DNA of 53,548 nt, taken from positions 1-53,548 of the forward strand of contig NIVC01004241.1 of NCBI GenBank assembly GCA_002269645.1, in the 5' to 3' direction. The translations under genes were made by a program, and so were the position numbers. This DNA comes from Macrostomum lignano (lineage: Eukaryota). Shown here piece after piece: positions 24,520 through 36,378 of the stretch. Each line of letters opens with the position of its first letter. Within the stretch, counting starts at the first letter, position 1. Under the pieces are notes generated by a model. The model did no database searches and was not told where the DNA came from. It worked only from the letters and a program-made list of their open reading frames with translations.

Positions 24520-27500
24520 ATGTCCGGCTGGTTGTTGAAGTCGCCGAGGCCGGCCGGTGGAAAAGGCGGCGGCGGCGGCCCTACGAAACGCTTTAAACCA
24601 GGGAACCGGGTGAGAATGCAACTGGGGAGAGTCAGGGAGCAGAGCGTGCTTTTTTATTGGCAAAACCCCGTTCGCTGCTGCTCAAAATCCTTGCTGAAAC
24701 AAAGGGATAAATGATGAGATTTATTAGGCATCTCCATCTCGCTTCTAATGAATATACAATACGAGCTACTCAGCAACAGATAGAAGTGTCCACCCTTTTT
24801 CTCGGGAAAATTTCCCGGGATTCCCTTTAACCATCCGCAGCAATTGACGGGTATTCTGCCTCTAACTCGCTTCTGCATCGAACATAGACTTTCTTGTCCA
24901 TTGTTGTTCTTAGCAAGCGGTCCCCGCCACCCTTCACAGAATTTTGTCTATGGTTGAAGGATCACGATCCACGATCAACCGAGAGACAAAAGTATCCAGA
25001 GAAAAGGATGAAGGACACTTTCTGTCTGTTGCTGCTTTAAATGGCCAGCAGCCATCTTATCGCTATTGAAATCCACAATCTTTCATTGTAAAATTGGGCC
25101 ACCGAAATTCGTGCGCCATGCACGATTTTAATGCGTGATTCATGATATTGCACTCGATGACCCTGAAGTTCTAGTATAGGAGAGTATAACGCATTTCATT
25201 TATGACGTCATTGCAGGCGATTGTCTAAACAATCTTAGTTGAAACGACACGATAACAGAGATTTGCGTTCCGAGACAAGTTTAATAATATTTCCCGGTTG
25301 GCTTCAACTATTATGCAATAGCACCTCTCGCTGAATGTGTGAAAATGGACAGATTTTTAAACAAATTTTTATGACAATTTCGTGCTTATAAATGAAAAAA
25401 TTTGTGAAACTGTAAGATTTCTAAATATTGGTCATAAAAAACTGGAAAATTCAAACTAGTGACTCATATTATATAATATATATATCCACGACGTTCATGA
25501 AATGTTGCAAAAAAGTAATCAAGTATCAAATTCTATATTTTCGTGCGCACCTGGATTCCTGTTTATAGCTATTAGAAAGTCTTCCAGGCACGAGCGGCAG
25601 GCATCGGCAGACAAACGAAATAAAAGGTTGTTTTAAAGCAACGCTTAGCTAACTTGCTATCACTCTGAAATAAATCTGTACATTTGTAGCATAAACATGC
25701 GCAATATAGTTGATCCGTTTCATGTAACTCGTATAAACAGGATGCTTGATAATTAATGTCCAGTAGGATTGTAAAGCAATTGTAAATCGACTTCTTTTAG
25801 CCCTCTGTATGATTTAAGTTGGAAGAGTGGGATCTAAGATAGGAGTGTGAGATCTGAGATGGAAGTGTGGGATCTAAGATTGGGAGTGTGGGATCTGAGA
25901 TGAGTGTGGGATCTGAGATTGGGAGTGTGGGATCTGAGATGGGAGCGTGGGATCTGTGATTGAGAGTGTGGGATCTGAGATAGGGAATTTGGAATCTGAG
26001 ATGAGAGTGTGGGATCTGAGATGGGAGTGTGGGATCTGAGATGGGAGTGTGGGATCTGAGATAGGAGTGTGGGATCTGAGATGGGAGTGTGGGATCTGAG
26101 ATAAGGAATTTGGAATCTGAGATGAGAGTGTGGGATCTGAGATGGGAGTGTGGGATCTGAGATAGGAGTGTGGGATCTGAGATGGGAGTGTGGGATCTGA
26201 GATAGGAGTGTGGGATCTGAGATGGGAGTGTGGGATCTGAGATAGGAGTGTGGGATCTGATCGATGGGAGTGTGGGATCTGAGATGGGAGTCGGGGATCT
26301 GAGATATGAATGTGGGATCTGAGATGGGTATGTTTAGGATCTGAAGTTGGCGTGTGGTAGCTAAGACTGATGGAGAATGTGATTTGAAATTTGAGTATGT
26401 TGTCATGGACTGAGATGGAGACTGTGGGATGGATATTTAGCTAAGATATAGGTGATCAGCAAGTGGCTTTAAGAATAGATCGAAGTATAAAAATATTGTC
26501 AGTAGAACATCTACAGATTAGTAGCTTAAGTAGCTAATTAATATTCCCATGTTTTTATTAATCCCGCTTCCCATCTTCCCCATCCAGCAATGGCATCGAC
26601 GCTACTTCGTCCTCACTCGCCTAACTCCGTCATCCGCTGAGCTGGAACCGTCAGCGCAGTACCAGTTGTACTACTACACAGACCACAGCATGTCAGCTGT
26701 CAGAGGCCAAATCTTAGTGGACACAATCAGAGCCCTAGCAACCCTGGTACCCCCGCCTCTGCGTCTGGCTCGGACCCTGGCCCGGGACCAGCGGAACCGT
26801 CTGCACCATCAGCAACCATTTCTCAGCTTTGAATGCATCCAGCGCCATCGTAAGGAGCGTCCGAGGCTGTTCTACCTGCTGGCAGACAGTCTCGCGGACA
26901 TGCAGCACTGGGCCGAGGAGCTTCGGCTAGCAACCGGCGGGCTTCGGTGCGCATCGAGCAGGGACAGCGAAGGAGCTTATCGAGACGAGACTGACTCAGG
27001 GCTCGGGCGGGGGACTCTGGAGCTGGCGGAGCAGACAGTGAAGGCCAGTCTTGATGGCTACGTCAACTTGCAAGGAGCTGGCGGTGGCGCGGGCGGCGGT
27101 GACTCTATCGACTCTTTACAGAGTGTCGGTTGCGAGGTTAGAAAACGACATGGGAATTTTATAATCATTGTTTTTTTATGCATTTCAGGGTTTCTAGCTT
27201 TTTGGGATCTTAAGCTTCAAATTTTAGAACTTCCCATTTGTTGATTTTGTGGATTTTTAGCTTCAAAATCATGGGATGTCAGATTCTTAGAGTTTTGGGA
27301 TTTTACATGCTTCAAAATCATGGAATATCAGATTCTTAGAGTATTGGGATTTTACATGCTTCAAAATCATGGAATATCAGATTCTTAGAGTTTTGGGATT
27401 TTACATGCTTCAAAATCATGGGATATCAGATTCTTAGAGTTTTGGGATTTTACATGCTTCAAAATCATGGGATATCAGATTCTTAGAGTTTTGGGATTTT

Positions 27501-30088
27501 ACATGCTTCAAAATCATGGAATATCAGATTCTTAGAGTATTGGGATTTTACATGCTTCAAAATCATGGAATATCAGATTCTTAGAGTTTTGGGATTTTAC
27601 ATGCTTCAAAATTATAGGATATCAGATTCTTAGAGTTTTGGGATTTTACATGCTTCAAAATCATAGGATATCAGATTCTTAGAGTTTTGGGATTTTACAT
27701 GCTTCAAAATCATAGGATATCAGATTCTTAGAGTATTGGGATTTTACATGCTTCAAAATCATGGAATATCAGATTCTTAGAGTTTTGGGATTTTACATGC
27801 TTCAAAATCATATGATATCAGATTCTTAGAGTTTTGGGATTTTACATGCTTCAAAATCATGGAATATCAGATTCTTAGAGTTTTGGGATTTTACATGCTT
27901 CAAAATCATAGGATATCAGATTCTTAGAGTTTTGGGATTTTACATGCTTCAAAATCATAGGATATCAGATTCTTAGAGTTTTGGGATTTTTAGCGTCGAA
28001 TGATGGGATGTTGTGTAAATTTTGATAGTTAATAAGTTTTTAATTTCCTAATCACGAAATTTGATACTTCAAATTACAGTGATTAAAATATTTGTAGCCG
28101 TAGACTTGTAATGCTTTAGCTGTGTATAGCGGCGAGTTTATGATCTCGAAAATGCAGTAAGAAACTGGTACGAGCGTATTAGGGCAGGCACTATTTTTAG
28201 GCATTTCGTCATTTTTCGCATGACCACATCATTTTGAAGAATTTAAACAAAAATTTTCAGTGTGCATCGGCGTTAGGAAAAATATGCGCACCTAAAGTGG
28301 ACCCTGTGATGCGCAGCACACATATCAAATCTTTCTGAAATATTCGTGCATGCTTTGGGTTGTAACAATTTTTCTGATAAAATTTCGCATTTAACATAAC
28401 AGCTTTATCATTTGCACTTGAAACTCGCTGAATTTAGGAAATTACCAGCTAACTAAAATACAACTTTAGTCAGTTCTGGTTCTCAAGTGTCTTATCAAAG
28501 GGCTGTCTGATGATGTTCTCTGGTGTTTTATCAAAGGGGCTGTCTGATGATGTTCTCTGGTGTCTTATCAAAGGGGCTGTCTGATGTTCTCTGGTGTCTT
28601 ATCAAAGGGGTTGTCTGCTGTTCTCTGGTGTATTTCAAAGGCTGTCTGCTGTTCTCCAGTGTCTCATCAAAGTGGCTGTCTGCTGTTCTCCAGTGTCTCA
28701 TCAAAGTGGCTGTCTGCTGTTCTCCAGTGTCTCATCAAAGTGGCTGTCTGCTGTTCTCCAGTGTCTCATCAAAGTGGCTGTCTGCTGTTCTCCAGTGTCT
28801 TATCAAAGAGGCTGTCTGTTGTTCTCTGGTGTCTTTTCAAAGGCTGTCTGCTGTTCTCCAGTGTCTTATCAAAGTGGCTGTCTGCTGTTCTCTGGTGTCT
28901 TTTCAAAGGCTGTCTGCTGTTCTCCATTGTCTAATCAAAGGGGCTGTCTGTTGTTCTCTGGTGTCTTTTCAAAGGCTGTCTGCTGTTCTCCAGTGTCTTA
29001 TCAAAGAGGCTGTCTGTTGTTCTCTGGTGTCTTTTCAAAGGCTGTCTGCTGTTCTCCAGTGTCTCATCAAAGTGGCTGTCTGCTGTTCTCTGGTGTCTTT
29101 TCAAAGGCTGTCTGCTGTTCTCCATTGTCTAATCAAAGGGGCTGTCTGTTGTTCTCTGGTGTCTTTTCAAAGGCTGTCTGCTGTTCTCCAGTGTCTTATC
29201 AAAGAGGCTGTCTGTTGTTCTCTGGTGTCTTTTCAAAGGCTGTCTGCTGTTCTCCAGTGTCTCATCAAAGTGGCTGTCTGCTGTTCTCTGGTGTCTTTTC
29301 AAAGGCTGTCTGCTGTTCTCCATTGTCTAATCAAAGGGGCTGTCTGTTGTTCTCTGGTGTCTTTTCAAAGGCTGTCTGCTGTTCTCCAGTGTCTTATCAA
29401 AGTGGCTGTCTGCTGTTCTCCAGTGTCTTATCAAAGTGGCTGTCTGCTGTTCTCCAGTGTCTTATAAAAGTGGCTGTCTGCTGTTCTCCAGTGTCTTATC
29501 AAAGTGGCTGTCTGCTGTTCTCCAGGTCTTATCAAAGTGGCTCTCTGCTGTTCTCCAGTGTCTTATCAAAGTGGCTGTCTGCTGTTCTCCAGGTCTTATC
29601 AAAGTGGCTGTCTGCTGTTCTCCAGTGTCTTATCAAAGTGGCTGTCTGCTGTTCTCCAGGTCTTATCAAAGTGGCTCTCTGCTGTTCTCCAGTGTCTTAT
29701 CAAAGTGGCTGTCTGCTGTTCTCCAGGTCTTATCAAAGTGGCTGTCTGCTGTTCTCATGCATTTATTTGCAACACTAATTTGCAGGATACAGCCGCGGCA
29801 ACTTTGAAGTCATTGACGCTGCACACTGGCACGGAAGCCAACAATGAAGCCTCGTCCTCATTTCGTCAACACTATGCCACACTGGACATGCCGAAAAGTG
29901 CAACGTCAACTTTAGACTCAACCGACGGGCCCAGTTGTAGCGGAGTTGATAGCAAGCCAACGGAGCAATTAAATCAGGGCCGACAAAAATCAGCAGCCGC
30001 TTCAGTAGAAGACCAATTGCTTTATCCCGAGATTGACTGGCTGAGGACGAGAGCTCTGGCTGAAATTGGACGATCTCAGAGGCACTAA
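24520..30088 (+). CDS. Gab/DOS/SOC-1-like PH-domain docking protein, 3 exons, at least 313 aa
   Basis: Exons 24520(or earlier)-24609, 26588-27136 and 29786-30088; phase-0 GT-AG introns. ICMSGWLLKSP...QWHRRYFVL...LYYY...FYLLADSLADMQHWAEEL is a Gab-type PH domain. The tail carries YVNL, HYATLD and LYPEIDWLRTRAL. Confidence 0.8.
25825..26335. repeat. 20-bp minisatellite (GGGATCTGAGATGGGAGTGT), Gab-like intron 1
   Basis: About 25 tandem units. Confidence 0.95.
27265..27992. repeat. 49-bp minisatellite, Gab-like intron 2
   Basis: TTCAAAATCATGGAATATCAGATTCTTAGAGTTTTGGGATTTTACATGC, about 14 copies (period 27311 to 27360). Confidence 0.95.
28485..29756. repeat. 32/34-bp minisatellite with 198-bp higher-order period, Gab-like intron 2
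   Basis: Unit GGCTGTCTGCTGTTCTCCAGTGTCTTATCAAAGT. A variant marker recurs at 28924, 29122 and 29320. Confidence 0.95.
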
Positions 30089-31091
30089 TTAAGCGAATAA
30101 ATTTATAGATTTTAGCGTAAATATTTTTTGGTTAACCCAAGTATCAATAGAATATAATTTTCATTTTTAGTATATGGGATGTTTAATTTTGATAACGAGA
30201 GCCTTTATTTTCCGGATTGATATTATTATGACGTCATGCATGCACACATTCAAACACGCGTGCAGTTCAGGCTTAACAGATGCACATGTGCATAGAACTG
30301 CATCATTTGTGAATCTGATTTTTGCACCTGCAGCTACCGATAAAACGAATCTTTTAGCTTTAAGCTTTCATAATTGCTCTTACTTATAGTTGATAAAATT
30401 ATAATAAAATAATATTATTGATTTTACTCTTGCCAATGTATTTATAAATTTGCTGGGCACACCTAATTTCTGTATATCAAATTTTGGATCCATTTTTGCA
30501 TGCACACGTAATTTAATTTAATAGCCACAATATGCAATGTTATACATGATTTGCACCAAAGCATGTTTTGTCAAAATGTGGTTTTTTAAGGAATTAAGCA
30601 AACTGTTCGTACATGGCATTGTACATGGAAAACTTAATCGTTGTGTTATAATGCGCTAGTAAAATTATCGTTTTGAAAACAGTAAAATCCGTCATAGCTT
30701 TTGTAATTCTACCGTTTTAAAGCATACTTGCTTGCTTTACCAGTACACGTATAGACTTGCTAGAGAATTTAAAATTTAACTGTAATTGTTGTATATAATT
30801 TTACATGTATTAGTAATATGTGTACGTCATATACGAGTATGGTATGCAAGGGCTATTTTACTGAAAGATTTCATTATCCTAGCAGTCGCCGTTTTACTAA
30901 GCTATAAAAGTACATTTCGATACAATGTTTTTAAATGAATAAATAATCCTAACTTAAAGAAAGGTTGTTAGACTATTTACTCCTAGATTTGGAAAAAAAC
31001 CTGCAGATTGACCTGAAGCACGACTGATTACAGCAGTTCACTGAACTGCACGATTCTATTTTGAAGACCTGAGGAAATAAGCCCATCTGAC

Positions 31092-31960
31092 AGCCAGCCA
31101 ATCAAACCCATTCTGCCCAGCCAATCAAACCCATTCTGCCCAGCCAATCAAACCCATTCTGCCCAGTCAATCAAATCCACGCTGCCAGCCAATCAAATCC
31201 AGTTTGCATAGCCAATCAAATCCATTCTGCCTAGCCAATATAATCCATTTGGTCTAGCCAATCAAATCCATTTTTCTCAGCCAATTGAATCCATTCTGCC
31301 CAGCCAATAAAAACCCATTTTGCCCAGCCAATCAAATTCATTCTGCCCAGCCAATCAAACCCATTCTGCCCAGCCAATCAAACCCATTCTGCACAGCCAA
31401 TCAAATCCACGCTGCCAGCCAATCAAATCCAGTTTGCATAGCCAATCAAATCCATTCTGCCTAGCCAATATAATCCATTTGGTCTAGCCAATCAAATCCA
31501 TTTTTCTCAGCCAATTGAATCCATTCTGCCCAGCCAATAAAAACCCATTTTGCCCAGCCAATCAAATTCATTCTGCCCAGCCAATCAAACCCATTCTGCC
31601 CAGCCAATCAAACCCATTCTGCACAGCCAATCAAATCCACGCTGCCAGCCAATCAAATCCAGTTTGCATAGCCAATCAAATCCATTCTGCCTAGCCAATA
31701 TAATCCATTTGGTCTAGCCAATCAAATCCATTTTTCTCAGCCAATTGAATCCATTCTGCCCAGCCAATAAAAACCCATTTTGCCCAGCCAATCAAATTCA
31801 TTCTGCCTAGCCAATCAAATCAAACCAATTCAAAAGCCAATCAAACTTATTATTTTCAGCCAATTAATTCCATTCTGCACATCCAATGAAACCCATTCTG
31901 CACATCCAATGAAACCCATTCTGCCCAGCCAATCCAATCCACTGCGACCAGCCAATCAAA
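31092..31960. repeat. 23-bp AGCCAATCA minisatellite with 230-bp (10-mer) higher-order repeat
   Basis: Marker GCTGCCAGCC at 31181, 31411 and 31641. Confidence 0.95.
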
Positions 31961-32177
31961 TGAAAGTGATTGTTTAGAGGGCGACAATTACCAAAGCACC
32001 AATAATACACGCGCGAAAAACTTGAGCGTATGCTGACGTGTAAAACCTTTTTAATTAATAGCAAGGTGCAGCGAATTACAACAATAAAAAGTGAGCCTAT
32101 AAACATATTAGCTCAGTTTATAGAGACGTATGAGAATGAAGCAAATGCAGTAGAAAACCTGAAACAAATGCATATAC

Positions 32178-32610
32178 ACTGGTTGAGCAGTGGGATAAAC
32201 TGGTTGAGCAGTGGGATAAACTGGTTGAGCACTGGGATAAACTGGTTGAGCAGTGGGATAAACTGGTTGAGCACTGGGATAAACTGGTTGAGCAGTGGGA
32301 TAAACTGGTTGAGCAGTGGGATAAACTGGTTGAGCAGTGGGATAAACTGGTTGAGCAGTGGGATAAACTGGTTGAGCACTGGGATAAACTGGTTGAGCAC
32401 TGGGATAAACTGGTTGAGCACTGGGATAAACTGGTTGAGCACTGGGATAAACTGGTTGAGCAGTGGGATAAACTGGTTGAGCAGTAAGATAAACTGGTTG
32501 AGCACTGGGATAAACTGGTTGAGCACTGGGATAAACTGGTTGAGCACTGGGATAAACAGGTTGAGCACTGCATAAACAGGTTGAGCACTGCATAAACAGG
32601 TTGAGCAATG
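32178..32610. repeat. 21-bp minisatellite (ACTGGTTGAGCAGTGGGATAA)
   Basis: About 20 units, ending about 80 bp from the F-box gene stop codon. Confidence 0.95.
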
Positions 32611-32689
32611 GGATAGACAGATAAAATGATGTTAAACTCAACGTGATGGAAGTGGCTGGATGGATGGAACTTGTGCCAGTTGCGGGTCA

Positions 32690-35600
32690 CTAGTACATAT
32701 AGCGGCTAACCTTCACGCTGTGCTGGTAGGAAGCACAAAAGGCCTGCAGCTCAGCATCGGAGAATTCCGCGTTCAGAGCCAGCTGGGTCAGCCACGGACA
32801 GCCGCTGGCGATGCTGGCGAGAGAGGCGGCAGTCAGCTGGCGGCTGCACCTGTCCGGCTGCAGGCAGAGCCGCCGCAGGCCCCTGGCGATCGGACTGGTG
32901 CACAGAGCCGCCACTCCCTCGTCACAAAGGCTGCAATCGCAACCGAAGGCCTCAAACTCGTGCAGGTCGCACTGGAAGGCAGCGCTGGTCTGCAGGTCTC
33001 GCAGATTTGCCCAGGCCTGGCGAGTAAGGCGGCTGCAGTCGGTGATGCAGAGGCTTCGCAAGTGGGGCAGCTGGGAGAGCAGAGCCGGCAGCAGGGCGTC
33101 GGTGCAGAAATCGATTTTTAACTCGGCCAGAGCTGCGTAACAATTGGCAATCATGCGTTCTATTAGCTCCTTGGTTAAAAGTACCCTCACTTGAGCAGCT
33201 CCCTCATCAACACACCCACTCACTTGAGCAGCTCCCTCATCAACACATCCACTCAAGTGAGCAGCTCCCTCACCAACACATCCACTCACGTGAGCAGCTC
33301 CCTCATCAACACATCCACTCACGTGAGCAGCTCCCTCATCAACACATCCACTCACGTGAGCAGCTCCCTCATCAACACATCCACTCACGTGAGCAGCTCC
33401 CTCATCAACACATCCACTCACGTGAGCAGCTCCCTCACCAACACATCCACTCACGTGAGCAGCTCCCTCATCAACACACCCACTCACGTGAGCAGCTCCC
33501 TCATCAACACACCCACTCACGTGAGCAGCTCCCTCATCAACACACCCACTCACTTGAGCAGCTCCCTCATCAACACATCCACTCACGTGAGCAGCTCCCT
33601 CATCAACACACCCACTCACGTGAGCAGCTCCCTCATCAACACACCCACTCACTTGAGCAGCTCCCTCATCAACACACCCACTCACGTGAGCAGCTCCCTC
33701 ATCAACACACACACTCACTTGAGCAGCTCCCTCATCAACACACCCACTCACCTGAGCAGCTCCCTCATCAACACATCCACTCAAGTGAGCAGCTCCCTCA
33801 CCAACACATCCACTCAGGTGAGCAGCTCCCTCATCAACACATCCACTCACGTGAGCAGCTCCCTCATCAACACACCCACTCACGTGAGCAGCTCCCTCAT
33901 CAACACATCCACTCACGTGAGCAGCTCCCTCATCAACACATCCACTCACGTGAGCAGCTCCCTCACCAACACATCCACTCACGTGAGCAGCTCCCTCATC
34001 AACACATCCACTCACGTGAGCAGCTCCCTCATCAACACATCCACTCACGTGAGCAGCTCCCTCATCAACACACCCACTCACGTGAGCAGCTCCCTCACCA
34101 ACACACCCACTCACCTGAGCAGCTCCCTCACCAACACACCCACTCACCTGAGCAGCTCCCTCATCAACACACCCACTCACCCGAGCAGCTCCCTCATCAA
34201 CACACCCACTCACCCGAGCAGCTCCCTCATCAACACACCCACTCACATGAGCAACTCCCTCATCAACACACCCACTCACCTGAGCAGCTCACACCAACAC
34301 ACCCACTCACATGAGCAGCTCCCTCATCAACACACCCACTCACCTGAGCAGCTCACACCAACACACCCACTCACCTGAGCAGCTCACACCAACACACCCA
34401 CTCACCTGAGCAGCTCACATCAACACACCCACTCACCTGAGCAGCTCCCTCACCAACACACCCACTCACCTGAGCAGCTCACACCAACACACCCACTCAC
34501 CTGAGCAGCTCCCTCACCAACACACCCACTGACCCACTCACTTGAGCGGCAGGCCAATGACTTCATCAGCTCAAGCCCGGTGCCTTGAATGATTTTGTGT
34601 CCTTCCAGCTCCAGTCGCCACAGCCGGGGCGGCAGCAGCTTGGCCCAGTCAGTCTCTTCCGTGTCGTTTAACTCAGCATAAGCATACAGTCTCAGACGCA
34701 GGTCGGTCAGGTTGGCAGGTAAAATACGCAGAATCCCGATGACCTCGGAGGTGGGCAGGCTTCGGCCAGCAGAATCCAGCTCTAGCTGGAGGCTCTGCAG
34801 CTGCGGGAAGCCGCCCAGCAGCTCCTGGATTCCAGCAGCGTCTTTATCCAACTCGCAGCAGATGCTGAGATGGCGCAGCGGAGGCAGCGACCTCGGCAGC
34901 AGCAAATCGGCCCCGCAAAGCCGAAGAGAAGAGTTCAACTCCAGCTGCGTCAGACTCGGCATCCGAGCCAGCAGCTGCAGCATAGCTGAAAGGAATGAGT
35001 TGAGCACCGAGTTGAGTCCGAGCTGCTGGGCGAGGTTCTGTCTACGTGAAGATACTCAGACAAAAAAGACTCACCGGAGAACTCAATAATTTGGATAGAG
35101 AGGCTGGCGAGCTGCGGAAACTCTGCAACATGGCCAAAGAACGGTCGCAGATAATACTCATCAAATTCCTCGCCAAACTTATCAATATATACTTTCAAGC
35201 TAGACAGGCGCTGCACCAATTTAGTGAGCAGAGGCGCACAGTCCAAGTCCACGGCATACTGCAGCCGTTTGCATTCGATCTGCAGCAGCGAGAGGCTGGG
35301 GCAGCCGGCCAGAAGGCTGTTTAGCGACTTGGTGGTCAGCGACATCCCGCACCGAATCAGGCGCAGCTCCCGCAGGTTCGGGCATCTGCGGCCCGCCAGA
35401 GTCACCAGGGACTTAACTAAGCAGACTTCAACGTGGTCCAGACTGAGGCAGGTCAAATTGGCAGATGCGAACAGCAGCTGAGGCAGCTTGACAATTTCAT
35501 CGACTAAATTCTTGGACCGCACTTCCCAATTGGACTCGTCAATGTGGATTTTGGTCCACAGCAGTGGCTGCATGACGACCTGGTGCCAGAGCCTGCTCAC

Positions 35601-35901
35601 CTGAGCACATCGGCCAAGGCTGGTCTGGTCCAGCTCGGTCAGCACCCGCTCCAGCAACTCGGTGGGCAGCCACTCGATGGGGCAGCAGTCGGCGGCCTGC
35701 GAGTGGTTTTGACAACTCGCAGTGATTGCACAGATTTTTTTGCACAACACTTTAACAGATTATTCTTGCAACTATACAAATGCGAATTTCCAAGGTCAGA
35801 CTCACAGCAAGTGGCGAGTCTGGAAACTCCTGACCATCTGGCCCTGCATCAAGCCGCTGTTTTTTTGAGCTGGGACGGGCTGTGGCTTCCAGGTCTGACA
35901 T
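32690..35901 (-). CDS. F-box/leucine-rich-repeat protein (FBXL-like)
   Basis: Exons 35901-35806, 35696-34542 (frame break near 35041-35075) and 33159 or 33189-32690. F-box IEWLPTELLERVLTELDQTSLGRCAQVSRLWHQVV, followed by AMN1-type LRRs (RCPNLRELRLIRC, GCPSLSLLQI, LPHLRSLCITDC, GCPWLTQLAL). Confidence 0.85.
33190..34541 (-). repeat. 33-bp minisatellite filling an F-box intron
   Basis: About 41 units of GTGAGTGG(G/A)TGTGTTGATGAGGGAGCTGCTCA(C/G/A). Units are shorter and irregular near 34280-34540. Confidence 0.95.
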
Positions 35902-36378
35902 GCTGATCAGGTGGCTGCAGTGGCATTGGCAGTTAGAAATTAGTTTCACCTTAATCTGTGCCAGATTTAATAAGATTTGTCCAGATTATATCACCAACTG
36001 TCCAAACTTTATTAATTCTTAATAATATGCTTTAATACGTTCGTACAAGCTATAGTTCTCAAAAGCTAGCCTAGACATAGAGCCAATAAAAACATTATAA
36101 ATCGAGAAAGTTCTCGCAATTTCTAGAACCTTCCTCCAAACAGAGTTTTTTTAATATGGAGTTTTTTTTCAATCACCTTCTGCCATTTTTCAGGCAGAGA
36201 CATAATGCTATCAGCGTAGAATTTCTGAGGCACCAGTTCCCAGCCAAGGTCCAGTAACTTTTGGCGAGTCATCTTGGCAGTGTGGGGGCGGGCGTTATTG
36301 TACAGGAATCGGACCGGGCCATGATTATCCTAAGAACAATATACTCAGACAAATTCTCAATTATTATAGGCTACTCAG

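Noticed and set aside
28128-28430. Possible small MITE (CGGCGAGTTT ... AAACTCGCTG)
   Set aside because: Only a 10-bp imperfect inverted match and no TSD found.
25202-30237. Two ATGACGTCAT CRE palindromes (25202, 30228)
   Set aside because: Isolated short motifs with no supporting context.
22897-34378. Long ORFs in tandem arrays (22897-24252, 25834-26406, 28523-29778, 32030-32690, 33191-34378)
   Set aside because: They are translations of stop-free repeat units, often open in several frames and both strands, with no domain content.
32660-35906. Plus-strand ORFs over the F-box gene
   Set aside because: Antisense shadows with no recognisable motifs.
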